DNA of 64,000 nt. Source: Eledone cirrhosa. Taxonomy: Eukaryota. A model generated the notes under the pieces. That model ran no database searches, had not been told where the DNA came from, and was given only the letters and a program-made list of their open reading frames with translations. The stretch spans positions 32,116,001 through 32,180,000 of the forward strand of contig OZ024746.1 of the NCBI GenBank assembly GCA_964016885.1. The letters are read 5' to 3'. Below, in pieces: positions 14,101 to 29,600 of this stretch. Each line of letters begins with the position of its first letter. Positions within the stretch are counted from its first letter, which is position 1. The translations under genes were made by a program, and so were the position numbers.

Positions 14101-17100
14101 CTTCATATTATCAACATAGTCTTTGTCAGCAGAACTTTCCACTTTATGATGGCTTTCTTGTAATATGCTTTGCATTGTTTTCATGAAAGATTCTTGTTCA
14201 TTTAAAAGGGACTGGTGAATGATTTGGCACTTTCTAGATGTGGGCAAGCTGAGGTCAAGCATCTCTTCATACTGTTTGATATGACCCTGCAAGAGTCTAT
14301 GGACTTGGCTGACCTCCAAAATCATATTCTGTTGCCCTGAAGACTGCTTCAATATTTCCTGTATCTGACTCAGCTTTTTATCTTTATATTTACATACAAT
14401 ATCTTCACACAGCTTTTTCTCAGCTTTTAACTTCACAAAAGCAGTTTTTGATTCTTCACCATAAAAGTCAAAAGGCTCATTACTCATCTGTTGTGCAATT
14501 TGGTCCTTAAGATTTAGAAGAGCAAAAGTCATTTCACCTTGTAGAAGGACTTGTGCAGTGAAATGACCTGAAAACTTTTCTAGTTGGTCTCCGAGATATT
14601 GAAATTGATGTTCCATATATTCACAAGACAGATTCCGCGAAATTGCTTCTATAGCTAGGCATGGGATTTCAGAAACATCTTTGCATTTCTCAACATGTTC
14701 TCCTACTGAGCCTGGAGATCTCATGCTTGACATTAGATGACCTTCAACAATAATTTTCTGTGCCAACATTTCAACATAATTACAGAGGACTTCAGCATCA
14801 TTGTCCAAGGAACAGTCATCCATGTCTTTCATTACTTTCTCCTTCAACTGAAGAAATAATTGATTCACTTCATTTATTTCTTTCCAAAGTGTATTTGGAC
14901 AACGATTACTGAGGTAGTTGGTCTGAAGTAAGTGAGATAATTCACCGAGGACAACAATTTGTAAAGCAAGTTTTTCAGCATAAATAATAATATTTTTACT
15001 TTTATCTTCGGTGCTACTGCTTATGGCCTCCCATTTTTCTTTAAGTTTCTTCTCAATGGTAACTTTCTTCAAATAGACAGAACCCAAAATATGCCACTCA
15101 TCTTTGGTTAAATTCTGTACATGTTGGATATAACGAATCATGTAGCAGAGTTTGTCTTTGATTCTTGGGGTTAATTTATTAGTTTGTTGCTTAGTTGCAG
15201 CTGATTCAATGGCTCTCACTTCTTCATTCACATCAACTAATTTCTTCATGATTTGACTCATACAATTATGAAAGGCCAGCTTAACCTCATCTAGGGTTCG
15301 TTTCTCAGGAAGTTCAGGTATTTCTCGGTTATCTTTGGCTAATTGTTCACTGAGATGTAAAATAGTTTCCTCACAAAGGTGCAACCGTTGTGAAAGAGAG
15401 CCTTTCTTTGAAGGATTATTTTTGCCATATTTTGAAGACAAACCATGAAGTTTGTTATTTGTGGAGGTAATTTGGTGGTTCATGTCTTGGAATGAAGATA
15501 TGATATTAGAATCTGAAAATTCTTCTTCTGAATCAGAACCAAAATTAGAGCTATCAGACAATTCCTGTGAAGATTCACTTTGGTCGGAATCTTCAGAAGA
15601 ATCACTTTGTGCATCAAAATCATTCACTGACTGCAAAAGTTGTTTGCTTAGAACTCGAGAATGTAAATGTTGCGATTTCATCACATCTCCAACAAAATGA
15701 ATGCGTTTTTCTAAGTCCTCAAGTTTGCTCTCTAAGTTCTTTGAAGATTCATTAACTGACTGTGTATCCATGTCGATATGTTTCACAGTTGAACCTAGTT
15801 TACTTGTGAGATCTTCAATTTTACCTGACAGTATCTTTAACTTTAGACTATAGTCGTCTTCAAGTTGCTTCACTCGTTCTCGTAATGTCTCGTCTTCAAC
15901 TTTTAAACGATTAAATTCACTATAAGCATCATCTAGTTCTCTGTGTAAAGTTTTGTTTTCCTGCATTGCCTGGTTAAGCTGTTGCTTAATATCGTCAATA
16001 TTACATGAGGTGTTACCAACATCAGAGCAAGTTAATGGTGGTAAATCTTCTATGACAGATTGCGCTGTACATAAACAACTCTCCAGTTCAGCAGCTGATG
16101 AAATGGCAGAAGCTAGAACATGGCTGTAGTCTTTCTTTTGAGTGTCCATGATTTGTTGCAGGAGAGAATTCACCATACTCACAAGACTTTGACCACTCGT
16201 TAAACTTGTTGATATATCAGACAATTTCTGTTTGTAAATATTGTCCTTCTCTCTCAAAGCTTCCAAAACAAGTTTGTCGACATTTAAGCGATGATTATGG
16301 AGCTGGCTGTTCAGATGTTGCATCATACCTTCCAGATTTTGGTTCCGGTCCTGCAATTTAGAATTCTGTAAACATTCCTTTTCAAGTTTCACCAACAGCA
16401 TCTTACCCTCCCTCTGTTGATCATCGACTTGTTTTTTCAAAACAACTTTTTCTTTTTCATCAGTATCCATCTTTTTCTGTAAGTCCATCAGTGTTTTTTC
16501 AATAGACTGTAACTGTTGTTTTAAATACATATTATCCTTAAGTGCAGTGTCCAGATGGGGTTTCAAAGCTGATCCATTTGTAATCTCTGTTTGCATCTCA
16601 TCTGATAATTCTTCAATTTTGTTATGACTTTCAATCAATTTCTCTTCTAACTGATTGATAATATCATTTTTCTCAGTAAGTATAGATGAGATATCTCTCG
16701 ACAAAGACTGACTCATTGACATTTCTCTCATATCTTCATCAAAGTCTCTTTTTTCCTGTTGATACTCCTCTTTCATTTCCTTCAAATGATCTTCCAGGTT
16801 ACGGCAGTGAAGGTCTTTCTCTTTCACAGTTTTCCTTAGACATTCCAGCTCCCTGTTTGTATTGTCGAGCTTCTCTTTAGCTTGCCGATATTCATTTTCC
16901 ACAGCTTTTAACTTGATCACCTCCCGTTCGCTATCTCGAAGCCTCTGCATGTTCAACTTCACCTCTGTCTCAAGACGTTTACATTCTTTTTCTTTGGCTT
17001 GTAATGCTTCTCTGCCTTTCTCCAACTTCTGGGAAGTTTCTCGAAGCTGAGCCTCAACATTTTTCATTCTTTTAGTCCATTCTGAAGAGATTTTACTGCA

Positions 17101-18589
17101 ATGTTCTTTTTCTTGTTTCAGTTCCTTGAGAGCCTCAGACAGAGCCTTTTCTGTGCCAGTCAGTTTAGACACTGACATATCTAGCTTGGACTTAAGAGAT
17201 TCAATTTCTGTCTTATGTTGCTGTATGTCATCTCTTGCTTCTTTCAGCTGCCGTCGCAGACTCTGTACCTAAACAAAAAAATCTTATCTCATCAGTACAT
17301 GCTAATATAAACATATATCATTGATTATATATACATGTGTGTATGTGTGGTGCATGTATTTCTCCAATAGACTAATGTTTACAATGTAATTGAAACTTGA
17401 GTATTGTGAGTTCAAAGTGTAGAGAAGCTGAGTTCCAACACTCATGAATGTTCAAGTTTCAAAACATGTGAGGTATATACTTGTAACCATTGGTCTATAA
17501 TAAAAACAACTCTTCTTACAAGATTGAGATCTCTTTATGCCTTTCAATATTCTAACTACTGCTATTACTATGCACACGTGTGTATCTATGTATGTGTATG
17601 TATATATATAGATATAGACACACACACACACACATGTATATATGTGTGTATATGTATAAGGTACACACATGGCTGTGTAGTTAAGAAACAATGAAATATA
17701 TTACAATAGCATTTATCGAATACCTGAATAATTTTCTTAAGTATTATAACACAATTTAACCATGTTTAACACAATTTAAGAATTTTAGCAACTTTTTTTT
17801 ATAAATAAATAAAACACGAAGCAAGCAAAGTTGTAATAGGTGTGAAATTAATGTAAGGAGATGAATTATAACTTTGTTAGATTGTTAGGTAGAAATTTGG
17901 TGAAGTAAAAATATGTTAGAAGCAATAGATTAATAAAGATTAGGGAAGGTTTAGATAAAGTTATTTCAAAGAATCTTCTAAAGAAACAGCTAAATATTAA
18001 TGGGAACAATCTCCCCCATGTCCTCTGTACTACACGGAAACAAAAAAATATATAAACATTTAAACATATGGTATTTTAACAGTCAAAGTATTGGAATATG
18101 TGGTATTTTAACAACAAAACTATCACCATTGTCAACAATGTTCCTGAGTTCCCACAGTGTATCACTGTTAGATATATGCCGTAGGCTTTTACTGGTTTAT
18201 TATTTGACTGGGGAAATGTTGGGGTACTGCCTTGAAGGGAGTTCATTCATCATATTGACTTCACTTTGCCGAGCTGTTAGGTTATAGGACATAAACATTA
18301 AACATGAACACAGACAATGGTAGATAGAAACCTGCATAGAAGCCCAGAATTCAACATAAGGCTATTGTAGAAGACACTTGTCCAAAGTGCAGTACAGTAA
18401 GACTAAACTTAAAACTACAGAGTTAACATAACCAATCCAGTGTGTATGTATATGATATGCGTGCATGCACACATACGTACACACGCACACACACATACAA
18501 TTTACAGGAACAAACTTATTTACATGAATATTATCTGGGAAAATAAGTGTGTGAGACTATATGTGCAAACATACATACACACAGATACA

Positions 18590-18649
<60 letters not shown>

Positions 18650-19944
18650 CCTGTTTAATAACAACAATAATAATAATAATTACATGGATATTACCTGGGT
18701 AAACATGGTGTAGTATTTATTGTTAGGTTCCAACAGAAAGTTCCGAAGGAGAGCTGGAAGTCTTAGAATGTTCCAAGAAAGGGAGAAAGAGAGAGGGAGA
18801 AAGGAGAGAGAAAGAGAGTGAGGGGGGAGAAAGAGGTTTTCCTCAAATGTTGTGCAATAGATGTATGACTGACATCACTGATGTAACAACTAACTAAGGC
18901 TTCACTACACACTATTATAGAGATACACAGCCAACATTACAGAAACAGGTAGGCCTACAACTGTCACCTGTCACTTTGTTAATGTGGTGGTGATGGTGGT
19001 GTCAGTGGTGGTGGTGGTGGTGGTGGTGGTAATGGTGGTGGTGGTGGTGGTGTCAGTGGTGTCAGTGGTGATGGTGTCAGTGGTGTCAATGGTGATGGTG
19101 TCAGTAGTGGTGGTGGTGTCAGTAGTGGTGGTGGTGTCGGTGGTGTCAGTAATGGTGGTGGTGGTAATGGTGGTGATGGCATTTTCCCCCTCACTTATAC
19201 ACAGACCCTTACCACACACTGCTCTCTATCAATTACCCCACCCCATTGCTCCCCTTGATTCAGGGGCACAAGTCATATGAACAATAAGTAGGGAAGAGGA
19301 GGAGAAGAGAGAGAGTCTACTGAAACTGGTGGTGGTGGTGGTAGTAGTAGTAGTAGTGGTGCTGTTGGTAATGGTGGCCAGTGGTGTTGGTGTAATGGTG
19401 ATGGTGTTAGTGATAGTGGTGGAGTTAATGTGGTGGTGAGTGGTGGTGGTGATGGTGGCAGTAGTGGTGGTGGTGATGGTGGTGAGAGACAAAGAGGAGA
19501 GGAAAAGGTGGAGAGAGGTAGAGGTGAACCCAAAGACAGCCACAAGAAGGAAAACAAACCACAACCTGTTATTACTAAGATGCGCGGGGGGGGGGGGGGT
19601 ATCACCTGACCATCTACCCTACCAAACTACTCCCCCCCCACCCTTTAACTTTATTTCTCTGGAAGAGATAGACTGTGTTTCAACCTGGTGAGGGATGGGT
19701 TCTGCTAGGTTTAAATGCTAAAGACATGCTATATGTAATGATGGCGTCCCTACAACTCCATTAGCAGTTAAGGGCTCCTGCAATGGATAAGATAATGAAA
19801 GCTCTAGAAATCATGTAAGTTCTGACATTCTCCAGTCTCAGAGCATGATAACCATTGCAACAGGGAAAATGGATGTAAAATGATGAGGGGTACATATATG
19901 AGAGAGAGAGAGAAAGAGAGAAAGAAAGAGAGAGAGAGTGTGTG

Positions 19945-20013
<69 letters not shown>

Positions 20014-20651
20014 TGCTGTACAATGGTGTAACACAGCTCAATATGTGTTTTGTTGTCGTCATCATTTTTACATCCCTTTTTCCATGTTGACATAGGTTGA
20101 ATGGGAGGTTTTGAGACATTTTACAGTTGATGCCCTTCCAGGCACCAACCCTTTTAGTTGACTAATGACACGCAGGGATACGTCCGTTTTTCCCTGCTTG
20201 CAAGGGTGGGGCGGGAACTGATTCTGGCTTGATTTCTACAGCTGGATGCCCTTCCTAGCACCAACCTCATTTACAGTGAGTGCTGGGTGCTTTTTTCCAT
20301 GGCACCTACATGTCCACTTTACAGTGTGGGCTGGGTGCTTTTTTGCCGTGGCACCTCCACCACCACTTTACAGTGGAATGATAGGGACCCCAGTCCCTAT
20401 CATCTCATTTCTACAGCTGAGTAAACTGGAACAATGTGAAATAAAGTGTCTTGCTCAAGGAAACAACACATCACCTGGTCTGAGAATTGAACTCACAACC
20501 TTTCGATTGCAAGGCCAATCCTCTAACCACTAAGCCATGTGCCTCCATGGTGTGCCTAATTTAGAAACAAGGATACACAAACTCATATACATACCTGTGT
20601 GTGCGCGTGAAATCCTATGTGATTGGGAAGTACACAAACACACATACATAG

Positions 20652-20693
<42 letters not shown>

Positions 20694-20823
20694 ATGTAAT
20701 TCTGTGTGATTGGGAAGTGTATTAAAGTGTATGGGTTGCACATATATGTTTATGAATACTGTGACTGTATCTACACGGGTATTAATATAAGTGTGTATAA
20801 AGTCTATGTATGTATGTACGTAT

Positions 20824-20856
<33 letters not shown>

Positions 20857-23432
20857 GTAACTGGTTCTTATACAATAATAATAATAATAATAAAATAAAT
20901 AAAGATGTCAAGCTAAACAATTTCCTGAAAACTTCCATATTTAATACTAAGTGTATATTTATTGGAATGTCACCAGGCTTTAGTTGCCATGCCAACAGTA
21001 ATTATTATCATTAGTAGTGGTGGTAGTAGTAGTATTGTTAATATACTTGTACCCCCCACATGTATTATGTCTGTCACACCTTCCCCATCCCTCATTTTTA
21101 TATAACGAGTCCCTCTCCATACCCATCTTTTTTTTTTATATTTCAGTTTTTGTATGATGAATGAAACTGTATGTAATTATTCTAGAGGGATAATAAAATA
21201 ATAATTGTTTCTACCTTTGGCACAATTATCCCAGTGCACTACTGGTGCTTTATTTTATTGACCCCATAAGGATGAAAGGCAAAGTTAACCTCGGCAGGAA
21301 GGGGCATAACTATTCTGCAAAGCATGGCGTCCGACCTTCTACCGATACTGCCAATAAAATAATAACGGATTGGCAGTATCGGTGGAGCATTGGACAACAT
21401 GTTTTGTGGCATAGAGTCACGGCCCTTTATGTTCTGAGTTCAAATCGCGTTGAGGTTAGCTTTGCCTTTCATCCTTATGGGGTCGATAAAATAAAGCACC
21501 AGGAATGAACTGGGGTCAATTTAATCGACTTGTCCCTCTCCGACAAAACTGTTGGTCTTGTGCCTAAATCATTAAACTTAGAAGAATTGTAAGTGACTCT
21601 TTATGTTCAAATCTTGCCAAGATCACTTTGCATTTTATCATTCCAGAGTCAATAAAATAAAGGACCTTCTAAGTACTTTCATCTTCCCAAATAATGGATG
21701 GCCTTGTACCAATATAAGAATTTTTATTATTGACATTGGCAGAATTGTTATAGCGTCAGACAAAATGCCTGGTAGTGCTTGTTACAACCATTTACATTCT
21801 CAGTTCAAATCCTACTGAAATCAACTTTACCCTTCAGCCTTCTGAAGTTAATAAAGTACCAATCAAGTACTGAGATCAATTTAATCAATTTTCATGTCAC
21901 CCCAATTGCTGACCTTGTTCCTAAATTAGAAATTATTATTATTATTTTCACTTCCTCTATCCCATATCCTCCAAACACCCCAGTTTTAGTTGCATCTCTT
22001 CACTCAAACATCGTCCTTATTTTTCTAGGTTTCTTCTAAACCAGTTCTAACAATGTATGTTCTAGTTGTCTGTCAATGGTACACCCTACTTGTGAAAGTA
22101 ATGTGCAAGTGGCTGAGCATTCTACAAACATCTATATCCATAACATATTTCTCAGGGAGAATCAGCATAACAGAGTGTTAATATCCCTCTATAACACCTA
22201 CATTAGAAACAATTTTGGATAGGCAGATATGGTTGGATAGGGTTGGACAAAATGTTTTGCAGTGTTTATTGTAGCTCTCAACATTGTTTCAGGTTATCGA
22301 AGTAAAGTACCTGTCAAGTACTAGGATCAATAATCAATTTACTTCATGCTTCAAAAATTGCTGGCCTTGTGCCTATGTTAGAAATCATGTGGACTTCATG
22401 TAGAAAGTAGTCACTTCGAATAAATAAGTGTAGAGGTGGATGTGGTCTCCATAAACTGTTGTAAAGGCAACCTGTCTAGGAGGGCAGTTACTTCAAATAA
22501 GACAGCACAGGGTAGGTGTAGACATCATAAGCCATAGAGAAGGCAACCTGTCTAGGACAGTGACTTCAAATAATTAAGAATGCAGAGATAGATGTAGACT
22601 TAGGGTAGACAGAGTAGTCATTTTGAATACATACATTCAACACAGGGTAGATGTGTACTCCATAAATCACAGAGAAGGCAATCAGTCTGGGAAAGTAGTC
22701 ACTTCAAATAATTAAAACTGCAGAGGCTTCGTGGGCTCCATAAGCCATAGCACAGATGATGTTTAGGAGAGTAATCAGTGTGAATAAAAACAGAGAACTT
22801 CAAGTCATGGCAGACTAGCACTCATAGCATGATAAAATGCACCCAGGTCACTCTGTTAAAAGGTTGGTGATAGTAGGGGCATCCAGCCAAAAGCAAACAT
22901 GCCAAAACTATGACTAGCACAACTCACAAGATGATTGCCTTCAACCTGTAAAAGTATGGATAAAAACATTTTTATTATTAGGGCTGTGGATCAGCAGTAT
23001 TGGTAAAGCATTGGTCAACATGCTTTATGTTCTGAGTTGAACTCCTGCTGAGGTTAGCTTTGCCTTTCATCCTTATGAGGGTCGATAAAATAAAGCACCA
23101 GTAATGCACTGGGGTCAATTTAATCAACATAAAAAAAAAAAAAGATTGCAGACTTGTACCTATAGTAGAAATCATCATTATTATTATTAAATGACATTTT
23201 ATAAAGAGACCCAAAGAACGAAATGAAGAAAAAAGTGAAAGATGAAAAAAAAGAAAAAGAGATTCTATTTTCACATTAAAAGAGGAACAAAGAAGCGAGT
23301 GTGTGGTTTGTGGAGATTGCTGAGGTATGTAATGTGTTGGGCAGGAGTGAGACTACACAGGAATGTTGAAGGAGTAGGGAAAGACTAGACTAAGATGGTA
23401 TGGGGTAGTAGGTAGCAGTGGATCTACATACA

Positions 23433-23479
<47 letters not shown>

Positions 23480-23776
23480 GCATACATACACATACATTAT
23501 ATACATACACACACACACCCACATACATATAGATATACTTGTGAGAGAATGCATGCATCTTTTTTCTATACTTGTACAGAAGTGAATATTTTGTATGACT
23601 TAAGTACATATCTATATATGCATGCTTGCGTGTGTGTGTGTGTGTGTGTGCATACATAAATGTGTGTATTCATATGTATGCATTTACATGTGCTTTATAT
23701 GAGTTATGTGTGTGTATTCATATCGACATCCATGCATGTGTATCTATATCTACAGCTAATTTATGTGTAGGTAGGT

Positions 23777-23824
<48 letters not shown>

Positions 23825-23946
23825 ACTTCCATGCATATGTATACATATCTACAGCTACATGTGTATATACATATCTACATCCATGCCTGTGTATACATAT
23901 TTACAGCTACACAAGTGTGCATGTGTGAATATATATACATACACAC

Positions 23947-23977
<31 letters not shown>

Positions 23978-26610
23978 TACATCCATGCATCACATAACAT
24001 ATGTATTACATCTAGCACACACACTGTGTGAGGTGAGCTATCGTACCTGTGGAGCTGAAAGGTTAGTAGTAGTAGCAGTAGCAGCAGTAGTAGCAGTAAT
24101 ATCTTGGGGATGGCTGCTGCTGCTGCTGTTGGTGTCCTTCTCACTGTAGACAGTCCTCAGTTGACTCATTAGATCTATGTTGTTCTGGTGCATCTGGACC
24201 AGTTCCTCAGCTGTGTGTTCAAGTCTCTTCTGGAGGGTTTCCACCTGAAGTACAAGCATTACTGCTACATTCATCTGGAGCAACAATACCATACCACTAT
24301 CTGGTGGAGCAACCATGCCATACTACCACACACATCTGGAGCAACAATACCATACCAACATTATCTGGAGCAACCATGCTATGCCATACCACTACATACA
24401 TCTGGGAGCACTCATACCACACCTCCACACACATCTAGAGCAATCATATTATTTTCATCAAGGGGAAGCCATACCATACTCATCTTGGAGAAACTATTAC
24501 AAATCAAATGAAAAACATTATTACAACCCATACATACCAATACTACAACCACAATGCAACCCATATACACCAACAACCTAGCCTAAGCCAGCAACCCCAC
24601 TTCTCTCAACAAGAGCCGAATCAACAAAACAAGGTTCTTCCTCTATTAACCAACAACTCAGTTTCAAGACTAGGAATTGACAATTATTTATCAATAATTA
24701 AGACCATGTAAAGCTGGTAATTAATTGGTTCAGGCCAGATATAAACTGTAGCCCCCCTAAATCTGGTAATATCAGATGTAAGCCCTCCCCAGAAATGGTA
24801 TTGGGCCCAGGCCAGATGTAAAATGTATCTCCCACTCACCCCTCAAGCTAGTAAAAGGCTCAGGCCAGATGTAAAATGTAGGCTCTCAAATTTAGTAATA
24901 AGCAAAAACCAGATGTAAAATGGAACAATTTAAAAATTCTTATATAAAATTATAATGGAAAGTTTTAGATAAATATAAAACATTTAAAAATAAACTTATG
25001 TATTGTAGAACCAGGGAGGATTTCTGACGGTTTGGTATTGAAAGAACGATATTTGATAAATCATGGAAAAACAGTCTTCAAAATAATTCATTAAGAAAGA
25101 ATTTAGAAAGTAGCAAGGTAAAATAAACAGTGAAAACCTGCCTCACTGAACAAGACTAACTTCTCAAGAACTTCTCTACTGTTAAGTATCTATCTCTGTA
25201 AGAGCTGTTGAAGCCCTTGACCTAATTTATGACAACAGCACGTTTGGTGGGTTTCATATACATCAGAATAGAGAGAAGTAATGCTGGTAGTATTATAGCT
25301 AGCAAATATTAATGCAATCACAGACACTTGAATGGAGACAGAAATTTCACTGAGTCAATAAAATAGCTGGACAACATAGGAGAAGAACTACAACAACTAC
25401 AACAAGGATATATCACAGATTTACTAATATAAATAAAGGTGAATTGTAAGTTAAAAAGTCAATGACTCATTGGTAAAATATGAAGGTTTTACTGAAATAA
25501 CATGGTGACCACAGAGGACTTACAGTAAAGTAGGTAACACCACAGCTGGTATTATTGCTACTACTAATACTACTGAGTTCAAATCCCGCCGAGGTTGACT
25601 TTGCCTTTCATCCTTACGGGGTCGATAAAATAAAGTACCAGTAATGCACTGGGTAGTTACTGGCCTTGTGCCTAAAGTAGAGACAATTATTGCTACTACT
25701 AATACTACAGAAGGTTTACAAAGTAACACATGATGTAAGTATACATAGGTATGGATACAGACCCAGACCAGATTAAAATGTTGGCCCCCTCCTAAAACAC
25801 AAACCCAGGCCAGATGTAAAAGCTGGACAGGGTATGTTGTGACACAGACATATTACAACAACAGATGGTGGGCGACATGGACAAATGACATGAACAGATG
25901 GACAGGACACATTGATGATCTTGCACATATATTGATGATGTCACATGCATTTTAGCGATGCCACATGTATATTAGTGGTGCCACGTATATTAGGGGTGCC
26001 ACATGTACATTAGTGGTGCCACACGTTTATTAGTGATGTCCCACATGTCAACAAACATTACCTCATAAGGTGAATTTAATTCTGCTACACAACCAATGCA
26101 CTTGTGATGATATACTATCAAGTTTCATGTGTGTAAAACATACACATTTCTCTACCAACTGGCTGTAAAGCTAATGTCCATTAAATACTGCCAATATTAT
26201 CAGTCAATCCAGTGTGTTAATTTAAAAGCAAATAATAGTTCATCTGTTCATTCCAAGCAGAGATCACAGAAATACATTATTATATCAATGGTTCAGGGAC
26301 TTTTGTTAGGCGGTATTGGCAATGATTGGGATTATTTCTGTGAAACAAACTGGAATTTCATTTCACCTTATTAAACTTATTAAGTAGATAGTGTGAAAGA
26401 AAAAAAATCAAGCAACAGTCCTAATGAGCAATTTTGTTAGTTTAAAGTAAATTAATGCAAGACAAACAAACACACACAGTCGCAAAAAGAGTTCATAGCC
26501 AAGGATAAAGACAGTTAATAACACAAAAAAGCAACAGTTCATATTTCAATATATGACAGAGTAAAGATGAGAAATGCTAATGAAATCTGCAATATTTAGC
26601 AATTTCAGGT

Positions 26611-26665
<55 letters not shown>

Positions 26666-29600
26666 TTATTGAATTCTGATCTGTTGTTGATCTGAGATCA
26701 CAGTTTTTTATATTCTTACAACATGGTCATGATGTTTCATCAAAGTGTGTTCACTAAGCTTCATCATAGAAAAAGTCAGATGAAAACTTAATAAATACCT
26801 GCTTTGATGAAGCATTATGGCCATGTTGTAAGAATACGGATACATCTCACGCGTGTGCGTGTGTTCGATTCCTGTTGTTTCTGACAACGAGTACTGCAGT
26901 TGATTGAATCAACAGATCTGCCTGCTTATGAAATTAACATGTGGCTGAGCATTCCACAGACACATCCCCCCTTATTGTATAGGGTGTTCAAAAAGTCAGC
27001 AATAGACATCACATGATGGCATTTAAATAGCAGCTAACTTTGGGGTCACCCTGTAGTTTATAGATATATTCAGCATGATACAATATGTGACAAGGCTGGC
27101 CCTTAAATTACCGGTACAACTCAGTTTTGTCAGCCGAGAGGACTGGAGCAACATGAAATAAAGTGTCTTGCTCAAAGACACAACGCATCACCCGGTCCAG
27201 GAATTGAATTCACAACCTTCCCATCATGATCTGATCACCCAAACCACAAAGCCACGTGCCTTCACACACACATATATATATATTATGAGAGAGAACGAGG
27301 GAGGGGGGGGGGGGGAGTTAGCAAAGTGATTAATCTATAAACCTAAGAAAGAATTAGCAGCAGTAATTATATAGCAGATATAATCCTATAAAAGGGATGG
27401 ACAGAAAAACACAAACAAAAAGCAGAAGAGGCCCGATTTAGCTTAATGATTCCCCCTCCATTTTTCCACTTTAGATATTTTACGACAGACAATATCAGTT
27501 TGATTATGTTTAGAAGATGAAGATTTAAACAATGACTAACTTATTTTCAAAACAAAAGGAAACATTAACAACTTAATAGTACTGTTAATTGCAACAAAAA
27601 TGTTATTTCAAGCAAAACCAAATTATATTAGTGATGTAATCATGTTGCACATACTGTTTTCTACTCACTCCCCAACTTACTACCAACAACCAGAATTTAG
27701 CTTACCACTGTCAATTTCCCACCCTCACTCTCCTATCACTGTTTCTCTCTTTACATTCATAATTGTTTCTACTTTTGGCACAAGGCCAGCAATTACCCAG
27801 TGCATTACTGGTACTTTATTTTATCGACCCCGTAAGGATGAAAGGCAAAGTTAACCTCAACGGGATTTGAACTCAATCCGTAAAGGGATGTAAGTATCCT
27901 GGAAAGCTTAGCATCCGACCCTCTACCGATACTGCCAATCCATCTCTTTACATTCATAATGATACTTTTTCCTCTTTCAACTCTTAACCATTACTTCTTT
28001 CTGTCTTCTAATCCCCATCTTGATCATGTATGCTTTAATAATGACTCCATAGAATGGAGTGGTTCTTTTGTCTTGCAGTGGACCAAGCAGCATCTGTAGT
28101 CTTGATGCCACCATAAAATAATATCAATACATTCTGTAAAGTAATTTGGTGACTAAATGGAGACACTGTTGAATAGAGATGGCTCATTAGGTTTATCAAG
28201 GACATAATGACCTTTAATGTTAGTGTCATGATAAAACCCACCATGTAAAATCTGTATGGTATTTAACAAATGGAGACAGCATGGAGTAGAGGAGTCTCTT
28301 TAGTTTTGCCTGGAACATAACAACCTCTGTAGTGCTGGTGCCATGATAACACTCACCCAGCATATAATGGAATGTACAAAAAAGATCTGGAGTTCTGTTC
28401 TATTTAGTACAGCAGAAACTGTGACTAAGAACTGACTTGGTCTTTGTTGACCTGTTTAACCCATGTCAGCATGGAGGACAGAAACTGTGACTAAGAACTG
28501 ACTTGGTCTTTGTTGACCTGTTTAACCCATGTCAGCATTGAGGACAGAAACTTTGATTAAGAACTGACTAGGTCTTCGTTGACCTATTCAACCCATGTCA
28601 GCAAGGAGGACAGAAACTGTGACTAAGAGTTGACAAATGTGATGAAATGTCCAACCTATACTAGCATGGAAAACTGATATAAAATGATATGTAAAACAAG
28701 ATTTAAAGCTATCAGATTTCAATCATGAATCTAAATCAGCCATGAAATTTAAATGGTATCAAAGCAATAAACTGACAAAGTGCAGAATAAACAAGATAGA
28801 TATGACTATTTTCCATTATATTTGAAGCCAGTTACAGACAGTTGTAACAGCCATTGAGAGTTAGTTGCAACAGCTGAATAGGAACAAGTAAAGCTGGGTG
28901 GTTGTATGGCTAAGATAGGTTTAGGTGTGGCTGGGTTGTTAAGGGAGGTTTAGGTGTGGCTGGGTGGTTAAGGTAGGTGTATATGTGGCTGGGTGGTTAA
29001 GGTAGGTGTATGTGTGGCTGGGTGGTTAAGGTAGGTGTATGTGTGGCTGGGTGGTTAAGGTAGGTGTATGTGTGGCTGGGTGGTTAAGGTAGGTGTAGGT
29101 ATGGTTGGGTAGTTAAAATAGGTACAAGTATGGCTATATAGTTGAGTGATTAAGACATATGTGTGAGTGAGTGAGTGAGTATGTATGTATTCCCCCTCCC
29201 TCCCCCGTTTATCTTCACTGACACTAACTGAGCAGCAATTGATGCTTGTTTATATCCAGCAACACAGCAATTTGATCAGTGAAATAAGTACCATACTTAA
29301 AAAATAAGTGTTGGCATCAGTAAGGGCATTTGGCTTTAGAATACTGCCTCAAGATGTCTCATCCAACCCATGCCAACATATTAAAGCAAATGTAAAAATT
29401 ATAACTTCTTTTATATCTATTTCTTCTAATATATTTAAACAGAACACAGCAATCTTACCTCCTCTTTAAAGCTAAATATACTTAAAATGGAGGAAAGTGT
29501 ATATGTGTGTGGGTGAGGGGGGGGGGGGGGGTCAAGAGATCCACTGGATGGACTTTACTGTAAAGCAGACAGGTTTTTGTTTGTGCTTTAAAAAGATTAC

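Noticed and set aside
13157-17050. Plus-strand ORFs overlapping the giant exon
   Set aside because: Antisense shadows of the coding sequence
29459-29471. Strong donor GAG|gtaaga with a nearby AG
   Set aside because: A 13-nt exon would shift the frame and the pyrimidine tract is weak
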